A DNA stretch of 64,000 bases from Patescibacteria group bacterium (lineage in GTDB: Bacteria; Patescibacteriota; Microgenomatia; UBA1400; PJMF01), in contig JBMORP010000006.1 in assembly GCA_049322655.1 (NCBI GenBank), positions 448,410 to 512,409 of the forward strand. Direction: 5' to 3'. The position numbers and the translations under genes were made by a program. Each line of letters opens with the position of its first letter. Positions within the stretch are counted from its first letter, which is position 1. The notes below the pieces were generated by a model that was given only the letters and a program-made list of their open reading frames with translations, ran no database searches and had not been told where the DNA came from. Below, piece after piece: positions 9,788 to 19,059 of the stretch.

Positions 9788-11026
9788 ATGAAGAAGAACG
9801 TCCTCTTTGCTATGGCAGTCATGATGATTGCCCCAACGGTGTTGCTTGCTGCCTGCAGTGGCTCAACACCTGAAGATATGTCCCTTGGTACAGCAAGCGG
9901 CGACTACGTTGCCCCAATGCTCCAAACAGTTCGTGTTGGCGGCACAGTTGCTGATGGCATCACCCTCGCTGTGGTTGCCGTGATTGTCGCTCTGATTGCT
10001 TCAGTGGCGGTATTCTTCGCTGTCAGATACTTCCGCGACCAGAACATGGTTAAAGGCGGTGGTATTGCAATGCCGATTTTCCTATCAGTGATGACTTTTG
10101 TGGTGGTGGCTGGGCTGATTTTCGGTCCTGGTTACTTCCGTAATTCTTATGTCGTCATTGACCAAGGCTCGGTGGGTGTGCAACTCAACCAGGGTAAAGC
10201 CGTTGGTACGCTCAACCCCGGTCCCCACTTTATTATTGGCTACCGAGACCAAGTGGTCATCTTCACTACCAGAGAATTCACTTTCTCTACCAACAGTAGC
10301 CCCCATGAACACGGTTCAGAACACTATCGAACCTGGGATATGGATGTCAATACTGCTGATGGTGTTGATGGTGATATTCCCTTCCAGCTCAGGCTGAAAG
10401 TCAACGCTTCTGATGCAATGGCTCTCTACGAAGAGTATGGCACGCTGGAAAATGCCATCGTTGGCGTAATCAAGACGCCAGCTCTCGAAGAAGCCCGCAA
10501 CGTTACCCGGAATAAAACGGCAGAACAGTTGATGACCAACATCGACGCCTACAATTCTACCGTCCAAGACCTGATTACGGCGGAAGCCGATGGCTTCATC
10601 ACCGTGATTTCTTTCGGTTTTCGCCAGCCAGACATGGGCGAATGGCAGGCTGAACGCAGTAAGGCTCAAACCGCACTGCAAACTGCCATCTACGAAGAGA
10701 ACCAAGAACAGGTCGTTCAACACCAGGAAAACCAACGCGTAATCAAAGCCCAAGCCACAGCCGACATCGCAATCATCAACTCGCAACAGGCAGCCGATTC
10801 AGCCGTTATCGCGGCAGAAGGGCAAGCTGAAGCAGACAAGATTGCGGCTGATGCAAAAGCCTACGTTATCCTGACAGAAGCGGCAGCGGAAGCCGAAGCT
10901 AACACCCTGGTCAGTGCCAGCTTGACGCCGGCGCTGATTGAATACATCAAGTGGGGTACAAAGTGGAATGGCGATGTTCCATCCACTGTCCTCGATGATG
11001 GAACAGGCGTGTTCATCACCCCATAA
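9788..11026 (+). CDS. SPFH/band-7 (HflK/C-, prohibitin-like) protein with N-terminal lipoprotein signal and Ala/Glu-rich C-terminal coiled coil; strongly GC-rich foreign gene
   Basis: Lipobox LLAAC; TM helices; SPFH core YVVIDQGSVGVQLNQGKAVGTLNPGPHFI; RBS GGAG 10 nt upstream of ATG 9788 (ORF track starts at 9773). GC and GC3 markedly higher than neighbours. Internal start at 10046 (MVKGGG) also possible. Confidence 0.7.
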   Translation: MKKNVLFAMAVMMIAPTVLLAACSGSTPEDMSLGTASGDYVAPMLQTVRVGGTVADGITLAVVAVIVALIASVAVFFAVRYFRDQNMVKGGGIAMPIFLSVMTFVVVAGLIFGPGYFRNSYVVIDQGSVGVQLNQGKAVGTLNPGPHFIIGYRDQVVIFTTREFTFSTNSSPHEHGSEHYRTWDMDVNTADGVDGDIPFQLRLKVNASDAMALYEEYGTLENAIVGVIKTPALEEARNVTRNKTAEQLMTNIDAYNSTVQDLITAEADGFITVISFGFRQPDMGEWQAERSKAQTALQTAIYEENQEQVVQHQENQRVIKAQATADIAIINSQQAADSAVIAAEGQAEADKIAADAKAYVILTEAAAEAEANTLVSASLTPALIEYIKWGTKWNGDVPSTVLDDGTGVFITP

Positions 11027-11045
11027 GCGAACCAATCTTCAGATG

Positions 11046-11074
11046 GTGGACCGGCGAAAGCCGGTCCACTTTCA
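11046..11074 (+). terminator. GC-rich rho-independent terminator (GTGGACCGGC-GAAA-GCCGGTCCAC + T-run)
   Basis: Perfect 10-bp stem, GNRA-like loop, TTT tail immediately after the SPFH gene stop. Confidence 0.7.
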
Positions 11075-11106
11075 AGAGTTTTTAATTTATTTTGAAAACT
11101 GTTGAG

Positions 11107-11129
11107 AGATTAAAATACCCACCTAACAG
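11107..11129. terminator. Bidirectional hairpin ACCCAC-ctaaca-GTGGGT flanked by A-run and T-run
   Basis: Seen directly; A5 upstream, T6 downstream. Confidence 0.45.
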
Positions 11130-11144
11130 TGGGTTTTTTAGTAC

Positions 11145-11405
11145 CTAATTTGCTAATTCATCTCCTTTAAAAAAGATATCTACTTCATGATCTACGGTGG
11201 TAAAAGCATTCTCGTGGTCTGTTGCACTACTCATAGCTACTCTGGTTGTTACTACATTTTTTGCTGTAGCCTCATACAAAACTTGATTGCACGCCCAACA
11301 CCACACCACCATTTCATGACTAGCTAGGGCTTGCCGAACCTCCTCAGGAACTAGTTGCTCCCAAGTTATTGGTTGACTGATTTCCTCTGTTGCTGCCATA
11401 ACCAA
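11145..11405 (-). CDS. Hypothetical small protein (86 aa), overlaps the 3' end of the yfhO-like gene by 40 nt
   Basis: ORF only; no recognisable motif except a single CWAC; weak support. Confidence 0.25.
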   Translation of the reverse strand: MVMAATEEISQPITWEQLVPEEVRQALASHEMVVWCWACNQVLYEATAKNVVTTRVAMSSATDHENAFTTVDHEVDIFFKGDELAN

Positions 11406-13762
11406 CCTCCCAATCCCAACAAAGTTAAACTACTAATTATTAAACTGACAACAAACAACCTGGGATAGTAAACAAAGCTAATCTGTTCAGCTCCATCACT
11501 CAAGCTAACTCTTCTCATCTGATTAAAATTTTCTATTGGTTGTTCTTGGCCATTTACAAATACTCGCCAGTCTTGATCATAGCGATCGGCCATAATCAAA
11601 TACTGGTGGTCTTGGCTGTTAATGTGCAAATCAATCCTACTGGGATTTTCTGCTTTGATTACAATCCCGTCACTACTGCCATCTTCAAATCTAAACCTAG
11701 ATAAAGCAGTTGGTCTTGCTAAAACTTGCCACCTTGCTTCACTTTTGATCTCTCCAGCTCCTCCTACTAACTCAACTTTACCTACCCCACCAACTCGTTC
11801 AAAGGCACTTAAATCCTCTTCTACTTTGAACCAACTATCTACCAAGTAATATTTCACTGCCCATTCATCCAACAACCGATTGCTGGGCTCAATTTCATCT
11901 ACAAAATTAATTCTTGGGCTAGCAGAAGTTTGCCATAAGTGTGCAAAGTCTTGTGGCAACAAAGTCGTGTAACCATGAATAGTAGAGACCCCAAACACCA
12001 TGTTCCAATTGGGCGTCATGCCATCACGTAAATTCTGAACATGCTTAAACTCTTTCAATTCTTGGTCATCCACAAAAGAATCAGAAAATGGTTTGCGCAC
12101 CACCATCGCTTCCCAATAAGAACCATAATCGGTGTAAGGAGTATTAACATTACGAGTTAAAATTCGGTAGTTAGTTTTAGTTTCTTCCAGTCCCAATTGC
12201 GCCATTAATTGATCGGAGTTGGCTGTAACAGAGTCGTAGATTTTATTGGGTGCAAAATAAAACATTCCTTGAGTGTTAACTAAAATCTCTAATATTAAAA
12301 TCGTGATAACAATTCGGTTTTTTTTCTGGTAAAAAAAGTACAATGATGCAATAAAGAAAATACTGTTAAATAAAATGTTTTTTGCTATTTCGAGTAAAAT
12401 AATTTTATCTCGCTCTAGGGTATGAAAGGGGCTACTAGAAAGCGAAGAAGAAGCGAACTTATCAATGATCTTCCAAGCCGATTCAAACCCGTACTGCCAC
12501 ACTCCCAAACCAACTAATCCAACCACCAGTCCTCCCACTCCCAAACTTAAAAATAAACGATATTGTTGAGTTGTCATTTGCCAGCTCTTTAATGCTTTCA
12601 CTGTCCACAAAATCACCACAACATTGGTCATAATCATTACCATGCTGGGATAACGAGCCACTCTAAATAATGGAAAAATCTGTTGAAAAAAATTAAATCC
12701 TGGTAAGTACTCACCTAGTGAAAAGATTAATGTCACTACGATAAAAATACTAAATAAAATCATTTCGCGATCAAGTTTTTTTAACCAAGTTTTCGATTTG
12801 CTAAATAGACTTTGAATAAAAGTTATCCCAATTGCTAACCAGCCCAACCACGTCACATAAATTCCCACATTAGGTTGGCCATTCCAAGCTGGCCCCCACT
12901 TCATACCCACAGCCGGATTATCAAAAAAGTAAGGTAAGAAAAACTTGATCAACATCGCTGGGTTTAATGAGCCAACTAAAGCTTGCTCTGCTGTTTGCTC
13001 CATCCTGGTGGAGTTTACTAACATCTGGACAAACGGCAACCAGGCGGCTGCAGAAACTAATAACACCAAACCAGCAGTAATACTCCATGCCTTTAGCCAC
13101 TTTATCAAGTTGAGTTTTTTAGCTTGGAAAGATATGAAAGCAGATAATAAAACAGCCAAACCAATGCCATATAAAACATGTTGAGGATAACCACCCCAGA
13201 ATTGTAAGGCCACAATCACACTAAACCAAACTCTGCTCTTTGGTGCTTTAACTAACTGCAACCCCAAATATGACAACCAGGGCAACCAAACAATTGACTG
13301 CAACGTAGAAAAATTATTCATACTGCCACTTACCTGGGTTGAGAACATCCACAGCCCGCCAGCCAAAATTGCCCACCAATGATCTTTGAACCAAAGCTTG
13401 GCTAGTAGATACATGCCACTATAAGCAATTAATGCGTGAGAAATTAACAGTAAATTCAAAGCAACAGCTGGAGAAAAAATTAAAAACAACAACGTACTGG
13501 GATAAAGTACCGATTGATTGATATCTGCCACCCACGGCATCCCAGCAAAAACATACGGGTTCCAGAGTGGTAAAACTCCTTGTTTGAGCCACTCTGCCGT
13601 AAAGATTTTGCCTGGCATCATTAGTGAATAATTGTCGCCAAAAACTAAAGTTTTTCCGAATAAAAAGGGTAAAAATCTGAGAACAATAAATATAAGAAAG
13701 ACCAACCAAAATTGAGATTTTTCTTTTCGAAAATATTTCTGACAACTAGCAAGTAAATTCAT
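11366..13762 (-). CDS. YfhO-family polytopic membrane protein (GT-C-like glycosyltransferase)
   Basis: 798 aa, >10 N-terminal TM helices, large extracytoplasmic C-terminal domain and terminal TM. Adjacent to a CsbB-like GT2, as in the csbB-yfhO arrangement. Confidence 0.55.
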   Translation of the reverse strand: MNLLASCQKYFRKEKSQFWLVFLIFIVLRFLPFLFGKTLVFGDNYSLMMPGKIFTAEWLKQGVLPLWNPYVFAGMPWVADINQSVLYPSTLLFLIFSPAVALNLLLISHALIAYSGMYLLAKLWFKDHWWAILAGGLWMFSTQVSGSMNNFSTLQSIVWLPWLSYLGLQLVKAPKSRVWFSVIVALQFWGGYPQHVLYGIGLAVLLSAFISFQAKKLNLIKWLKAWSITAGLVLLVSAAAWLPFVQMLVNSTRMEQTAEQALVGSLNPAMLIKFFLPYFFDNPAVGMKWGPAWNGQPNVGIYVTWLGWLAIGITFIQSLFSKSKTWLKKLDREMILFSIFIVVTLIFSLGEYLPGFNFFQQIFPLFRVARYPSMVMIMTNVVVILWTVKALKSWQMTTQQYRLFLSLGVGGLVVGLVGLGVWQYGFESAWKIIDKFASSSLSSSPFHTLERDKIILLEIAKNILFNSIFFIASLYFFYQKKNRIVITILILEILVNTQGMFYFAPNKIYDSVTANSDQLMAQLGLEETKTNYRILTRNVNTPYTDYGSYWEAMVVRKPFSDSFVDDQELKEFKHVQNLRDGMTPNWNMVFGVSTIHGYTTLLPQDFAHLWQTSASPRINFVDEIEPSNRLLDEWAVKYYLVDSWFKVEEDLSAFERVGGVGKVELVGGAGEIKSEARWQVLARPTALSRFRFEDGSSDGIVIKAENPSRIDLHINSQDHQYLIMADRYDQDWRVFVNGQEQPIENFNQMRRVSLSDGAEQISFVYYPRLFVVSLIISSLTLLGLGGWLWQQQRKSVNQ

Positions 13763-13777
13763 AATTTTAATTTCTGT

Positions 13778-14473
13778 TTACGGCAAAATCCGCAAACCAA
13801 AAATCACCCGCAAAGCATCAATCCCATCACGCCACGAAATTTTCTTACCTTCAGAAAAATCACGACCGACATAGGTAATCGGTACTTCAAAAATCTTCAC
13901 TCCTCTTTTTAGGAGTTTGCAGGTAATTTCTGGCTCCATATCGAATTTATTGGATTGAATATCTAACTCACGAAAAAGTTTTGTTGGTAAAACTTTATAA
14001 CAAGTCTCCATATCAGTGAGTGTAGTATCGTACAAAATATTAACCAAAAAATTCAGCAAACTATTACCCAACCGATGCCAAAACAACAAATTAGAGTGTG
14101 GCCCAATAAAGCGTGAGCCATAAACTACATCTACTCTTCCTTTGATAATATGTTCTATTAAAGCTGGAATATCACTTGGGTCATACTCCAAATCTGCATC
14201 TTGAATAAGGGTGTAATCACCAGTGACTTTCTTTAAACCAAAACGAATAGCTGAACCCTTGCCACCATTTGTCTTTTTAAGGTAAGAAATCTTCTTTACC
14301 CCTTTTTTCTTTGACTGTAAAAATTTATTGATTTCTTTGTCAGTGTTATCAGAACTACCATCATTAACCACAATTACTTCTTTAACTACTGGCACCACGA
14401 TTAATCTTTTCAAGATCTCTGCTACCGTTGCTTGCTCGTTATAAACTGGGACAATTACCGAAAGTTTCATCAC
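13778..14473 (-). CDS. GT2 polyprenol-phosphate sugar synthase (CsbB/GtrB/DPM1-like)
   Basis: SVIVPVYNE...VVNDGSSDNT...DADLEYDP (DxD) ...GSRF; 231 aa. Confidence 0.7.
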   Translation of the reverse strand: MMKLSVIVPVYNEQATVAEILKRLIVVPVVKEVIVVNDGSSDNTDKEINKFLQSKKKGVKKISYLKKTNGGKGSAIRFGLKKVTGDYTLIQDADLEYDPSDIPALIEHIIKGRVDVVYGSRFIGPHSNLLFWHRLGNSLLNFLVNILYDTTLTDMETCYKVLPTKLFRELDIQSNKFDMEPEITCKLLKRGVKIFEVPITYVGRDFSEGKKISWRDGIDALRVIFGLRILP

Positions 14474-14525
14474 CTGAGCATAGCAAGTTTTTTAAAAATT
14501 GGGGAGATGATTTATTTCTAAAATA

Positions 14526-14556
14526 AAAAAGGCCCCGCTTTCGCGAGGCCATCCAT
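14526..14556 (-). terminator. Rho-independent terminator after dnaK
   Basis: Minus strand GGCCTCGC-GAAA-GCGGGGCC-TTTTTT. Confidence 0.6.
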
Positions 14557-14577
14557 GTTCTGCAAACTTAAAGTTTG

Positions 14578-16503
14578 TTATTCCTCAACTACTTCACCTT
14601 CCTCAGCATCTTTCTTATCACCAGCTTTTTCTGCTTTTTTATTGCCCTTTTCATCTTTGCCAGCCTCTTTATTAGCTTCAGCCGCTTGTGCCTTTTGCAT
14701 CGCTTCGCCTAATTTCTGAGCTGAAGTCAAAGTTTCTTCCGTGGCTTTATCCAAAGCTTCTTTGGTAACATCATCTTTTTCTGCCATCTCTTTGAGTTTT
14801 TTAACATTCTCTTCGATGACTTCTTTATCTTTCTTATCCAACTTATCACCATAATCTTTGAGCTGTTTCTCCATTTCAAAAGCAACACTAGTGGCCTTAT
14901 TTTTGGTTTCAATCAACTCTTTCTTCTTTTTATCTTCTTCAGCGTGTTTCTCAGCATCAGCCTTCATTTTTTCAACTTCATCATCAGATAAATTAGTGCT
15001 GTTCTGAATAGTGATCTTTTGCTCTTTGCCAGAAGTTTTATCTTTAGCAGAAACATTCAAGATGCCACTTGAGTCAATATCAAAAGTGACTTCAACTTGA
15101 GGCACTCCTCTAGGTGCTGGAGGAATTCCATCCAAAACAAATCGACCCAAACTTTTGTTATCAGCAGCCATTTCTCTTTCACCCTGCAAGACATTGATCT
15201 CAACTTGGGTTTGATTATCAGCTGCCGTAGAGAAAACCTGTGATTTACTGGTGGGAATAGTGGTATTTCTTTCAATCAAAGGAGTTCGAATCCCACCCAG
15301 AGTCTCAAGACCCAGGGTTAGCGGGGTAACATCAAGTAATACCACATCAGAAACATCCCCACCAATTACTCCGGCTTGAATAGCAGCCCCAATGGCTACT
15401 ACTTCATCTGGATTTACCCCCTTATGTGGATCTTTACCAAAGAATTTCTTCACTTCCTCCTGAATCCTAGGCATTCTAGTTTGCCCACCAACCAAAATCA
15501 CATCACCAATATCCTTGGCTTCAAGCTTGGCGTCTCTTAAGGCTTTTTTAACCGGCTCAAAAGATTTTTTAACCAAGTCATCAACTAATTCTTCCAGTTT
15601 TGATCTAGTTAAAGTCATAGTTAAATGAAGAGGTTGACCAGCATCACCTTGTGCAATAAAAGGTTGGTTTATTTCTGTTTGTTGGGCAGAAGACAGTTCA
15701 ATTTTAGCTTTTTCGGCACTGTCTTTAATGCGTTGCATCGCTTGAGGATCTTTGGCTAAATCTTTACCATGTTCTTTCTTAAACTCAGCCAAAACATACT
15801 CGATAATAGCATTATCAAAGTCATCACCACCCAAGAAAGTATCACCATTGGTTGATTTGACTTCAAAAACACCATCACCAATCTCCAAAATCGAGATATC
15901 AAAAGTACCACCACCCAAATCATAAACTGCGATGGTCTTACTGCCTTTTTTGTCCAAACCATAAGCTAAAGCCGCTGCGGTTGGCTCATTAACAATCCGT
16001 TCTACCTTCAAACCAGCAATCTCACCAGCTTGTTTGGTAGCTTGGCGTTGAGAATCATCAAAGTAGGCTGGCACAGTAATCACCGCTCTAGTCACAGTTT
16101 CACCTAAATAACTTTCAGCATCAGCCTTAGCTTTAGCCAATACTTTAGCAGAGATTTCTTGAGGAGTTAAAGTTTTACCACTCACCTTAACCACCGCCAT
16201 TCCATCTTTACCATCAGTCACTTCGTAAGCAATATGTTTCAAAGCATTTTTCACTTCTTTATCACCAGCTTTACGACCCATGAAACGTTTCACTGAATGA
16301 ACTGTCGAAGTTGGGTTCATTACCATTTGTCGCTTAGCCGCGTCACCGACAATTACTTCATCACCTTTGAAAGCAATAATTGAAGGAAAAGTATTTCTTC
16401 CTTCTGCGGTTGCGATAATTTTGGGGGAGCCACCTTCCATCACTGCCACTGCAGAGTTGGTGGTTCCAAGATCAATACCAATGATTTTTCCAGAGTCTGC
16501 CAT
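14578..16503 (-). CDS. dnaK: Molecular chaperone DnaK (Hsp70)
   Basis: [18 protein letters not shown], full Hsp70 architecture with acidic/Lys-rich tail; 641 aa. Confidence 0.97.
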   Translation of the reverse strand: MADSGKIIGIDLGTTNSAVAVMEGGSPKIIATAEGRNTFPSIIAFKGDEVIVGDAAKRQMVMNPTSTVHSVKRFMGRKAGDKEVKNALKHIAYEVTDGKDGMAVVKVSGKTLTPQEISAKVLAKAKADAESYLGETVTRAVITVPAYFDDSQRQATKQAGEIAGLKVERIVNEPTAAALAYGLDKKGSKTIAVYDLGGGTFDISILEIGDGVFEVKSTNGDTFLGGDDFDNAIIEYVLAEFKKEHGKDLAKDPQAMQRIKDSAEKAKIELSSAQQTEINQPFIAQGDAGQPLHLTMTLTRSKLEELVDDLVKKSFEPVKKALRDAKLEAKDIGDVILVGGQTRMPRIQEEVKKFFGKDPHKGVNPDEVVAIGAAIQAGVIGGDVSDVVLLDVTPLTLGLETLGGIRTPLIERNTTIPTSKSQVFSTAADNQTQVEINVLQGEREMAADNKSLGRFVLDGIPPAPRGVPQVEVTFDIDSSGILNVSAKDKTSGKEQKITIQNSTNLSDDEVEKMKADAEKHAEEDKKKKELIETKNKATSVAFEMEKQLKDYGDKLDKKDKEVIEENVKKLKEMAEKDDVTKEALDKATEETLTSAQKLGEAMQKAQAAEANKEAGKDEKGNKKAEKAGDKKDAEEGEVVEE

Positions 16504-16569
16504 ATTTCCTCCTTATGTTTATTTTTTTGCAAATATTTACTAATTAATAATTGTTATTTGTACTATATT

Positions 16570-16596
16570 TTAGCAAACAAGTCAAATGACTGCTAG
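16570..16596. promoter_or_regulatory. CIRCE-like inverted repeat TTAGCAAAC-N9-GACTGCTAG between grpE and dnaK
   Basis: 6-bp arms TTAGCA/TGCTAA-type with 15-nt spacer; same architecture as sites upstream of hrcA and groES. Confidence 0.45.
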
Positions 16597-16622
16597 CATA
16601 AGTTTGATATTGGTGCTGAGAG

Positions 16623-17075
16623 TTATGCCAAGGTTACTTTAGCGTGCTGAATCACTACTCCGTTAAGTTTGTAACCTTTGCGCACCACTTCAATCACTTT
16701 ATTGCCTTGACCTTTTTTTTCAACTGCCTCCATTAAATTAACATCAAAATCTTTTCCCATCACTTCAATTTCTTCCAAGCCAGCATTGACTAAAACTTTC
16801 TTTAACTGGTCTAAAACCATATTCAAACCTGGATCGTTAAGTTGAGCAGCTGCCATTTCCAAATGTTCTAAAGGTTGAATTAGATCTTCCATTAATGATT
16901 GATTTGCTAATTTAATACCTTTCAACCGTTCTTCTTGAGTACGTCTCAATAAATTCTGATAATCAGCCAAAGATCTTTTTTCTTTTTCTGAAGCAACCTT
17001 AAGCTGTTCTTCCAAAGCAAGAAGCTTAACTTCAAGTTTCTTATCTTGGTTGGTTGGTGATGTTGTTTTTTTCAT
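16623..17075 (-). CDS. grpE: Nucleotide exchange factor GrpE
   Basis: Coiled-coil N-terminus plus C-terminal beta domain (RRTQEE...LMEDLIQPLE); 150 aa; between hrcA and dnaK. Confidence 0.9.
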   Translation of the reverse strand: MKKTTSPTNQDKKLEVKLLALEEQLKVASEKEKRSLADYQNLLRRTQEERLKGIKLANQSLMEDLIQPLEHLEMAAAQLNDPGLNMVLDQLKKVLVNAGLEEIEVMGKDFDVNLMEAVEKKGQGNKVIEVVRKGYKLNGVVIQHAKVTLA

Positions 17076-17160
17076 AATTTCAAAGTAAAAGAAAAATGCC
17101 CCAGCCCCTAATGGGGTTACCTCATACTAACCTGACACTTTTCGTAACAAATTTGTTAAT

Positions 17161-17886
17161 TTACCCTGCTATTTCTTCAATTAACCCTTTAAAGTACTTT
17201 AACATTGGAATGACATATGGATAGTCAAAACGGTGAGAACCAAGCACCCCTAGTTTGCAAGGTCTACCTGCAGCATTGACATTAGTGTAAATAACACTAA
17301 TTGGTTCTAAGTTTTTATTTCCCAACTCTTTGCCATAGACCAAGTGAACTAGGTTTTCACTTTGACCAAGACCAAAAACTTCCTTAATCATATCAACTTC
17401 TTCAATTAGGTTAAGCACATTCCTAGTCACTCTAATGTCAAAAAACTCTGGCATATTAAGTAAGTTGGCATAACCAGAGTGGTAAATTCGATGATCAGTA
17501 TCAGACATAGCCAAACCAACCGCTCCAGATTTATCAGCCAATAACTTCGCTGCCTCATAAAGTAAAGCATCTGTTTCTTGGCGATGTTTCCAGATCTTTT
17601 CTTTGGCGCTGACTTCATCAGCGACTGATAACTCTTTTTCTTTCATTAATTCATTAACATAAAGACGTAAAGCCAGAGGAGTAGGAATTCTGCCAGCAGA
17701 AATATGTGATTTTCTAAGATAACCCTGTTTAGTCAAGTAAACCATTTCATTACGAATCGTAGCTGGAGAAACACCAATATTGTATTTTTTATCAATCGTC
17801 TCAGAACCAACTGGCTTAGCAGTTTCGATAAATTCCTCGATAATAGCCCGTAAAATTTGTATCTGGCGCGCGACGAGATCGATCAT
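17161..17886 (-). CDS. hrcA: Heat-inducible transcription repressor HrcA (short, 241 aa)
   Basis: N-terminal wHTH: ILRAIIEEFIETAKPVGSETI...ISPATIRNEM; first gene of hrcA-grpE-dnaK. Confidence 0.85.
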   Translation of the reverse strand: MIDLVARQIQILRAIIEEFIETAKPVGSETIDKKYNIGVSPATIRNEMVYLTKQGYLRKSHISAGRIPTPLALRLYVNELMKEKELSVADEVSAKEKIWKHRQETDALLYEAAKLLADKSGAVGLAMSDTDHRIYHSGYANLLNMPEFFDIRVTRNVLNLIEEVDMIKEVFGLGQSENLVHLVYGKELGNKNLEPISVIYTNVNAAGRPCKLGVLGSHRFDYPYVIPMLKYFKGLIEEIAG

Positions 17887-17889
17887 ATA

Positions 17890-17916
17890 TTAGCAATAAT
17901 AAGGGCTGAGTGCTAG
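17890..17916. promoter_or_regulatory. CIRCE-like operator TTAGCAATA-N9-GAGTGCTAG immediately upstream of the hrcA start
   Basis: Right half matches CIRCE consensus GAGTGCTAA 8/9; abuts the hrcA ATG (3 nt). Confidence 0.55.
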
Positions 17917-17934
17917 GAAGTCAATAGTTTGCAG

Positions 17935-19059
17935 CTATTTGGCCAAAATAGAGTCAATAGCCTGCTTAATTCCCCGATTGAATTGTTCTTTACCAAAGTT
18001 CTTTGCCCATTCTTTGATTTTTGAACTAGAAAACTGACTATTATTGAAATCTTTAACTGCTGCTTTTAAGCCTGAGACCGTTAAATCTGTAAAAACAATT
18101 CCTGTTTTACCATTCACTACCGTTTCTCTGGGACCACCAGAATCATGAGCAATGACTGGTGTGCCATAAAGCATTGCCTCTACCGGCACCATTCCAAAAT
18201 CCTCATACTCAACCGGGTAAAGCAGAGCTTTTGCTTCCTGATACAACTTGGTTAAAGTTTCATCAGAAACTGCACCTAAAAACTCAACATTATCACCGGC
18301 GATTTGCTGTAATTTATTAAGCATTTTACCTGTTCCCACAACCTTAAGAGGTAGCTTTAACTCAGTACAAGCTTGTACTGCCAATTCTGGATGCTTAGCT
18401 AAAGCCAAGCGATTAACATATAAAAAATAATCACCTTTTTTAGTTTGAACTGGCTGCTGAACTGTTAAAAAAACAGGTGGATAGACAATTTCTGCATTTA
18501 GACGATAAAATTTTTTAATTCTACTGGCAGTTTCTTGGGAATTAGCTATGAACAAATCGACTCTTTCTCTAGAAATCTTAACATCAACTATTCTCATAAA
18601 ATGATTAAGAAGCTGGCCAGCAAACTTCATCAAGGGATTACTTTGCCAATCACTCATTGCCGAATAACCATAAAGAACTCGAGGAGGTGTGTGACAGTAA
18701 CAAATGTGCTTGCCATTTTTGACTTTTACTGCCTTAGCAAAGTAAGCATTAGAAGAAGAAATCACCAAATCATAAGCGGATAAATCTAATGATGCAAAAG
18801 CCCATGGAGCCAAAAATCTGAGCGGAGAATAAAGCTTTTTGAATAGTGGCAATTTGGCTAACCAAGTTTCTCTAACATCCCAATCAACAAACCGCCCGGC
18901 ATGGACTCCCAAAGCTTTTCGATCAAAAAATGCTGTATAAACTGGAGCCTCAGGATAAAGTTGATGTAAGGCTTCAAGCACTCTTTCTGCACCTCCAAAT
19001 TCACGCAAATAATCGTGAACCAAAGCGACTTTAAGAGATTGATTAGTTACTGAACTCAT
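17935..19059 (-). CDS. GT4-family glycosyltransferase
   Basis: GT-B fold pattern: N-terminal VALVHDYLREFGGAERV and C-terminal EDFGMVPVEAMLYGTPVIAHDSGGPRE (EX7E). Confidence 0.7.
   Translation of the reverse strand: MSSVTNQSLKVALVHDYLREFGGAERVLEALHQLYPEAPVYTAFFDRKALGVHAGRFVDWDVRETWLAKLPLFKKLYSPLRFLAPWAFASLDLSAYDLVISSSNAYFAKAVKVKNGKHICYCHTPPRVLYGYSAMSDWQSNPLMKFAGQLLNHFMRIVDVKISRERVDLFIANSQETASRIKKFYRLNAEIVYPPVFLTVQQPVQTKKGDYFLYVNRLALAKHPELAVQACTELKLPLKVVGTGKMLNKLQQIAGDNVEFLGAVSDETLTKLYQEAKALLYPVEYEDFGMVPVEAMLYGTPVIAHDSGGPRETVVNGKTGIVFTDLTVSGLKAAVKDFNNSQFSSSKIKEWAKNFGKEQFNRGIKQAIDSILAK

Noticed and set aside
10085-10786. Minus-strand ORFs 10085..10312 and 10316..10786 (75 and 156 aa) inside the GC-rich SPFH gene
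   Set aside because: Open antisense frames are a typical artefact of high-GC coding sequence. The plus-strand ORF has the RBS, signal peptide and conserved SPFH domain.
17076-17160. Hairpin CCCCATTAGGGG/CTGGGGCATTTTT between hrcA and grpE considered as an internal terminator or attenuator
   Set aside because: Short 4-bp stems. hrcA-grpE-dnaK is normally co-transcribed. Kept only as a weak possibility.
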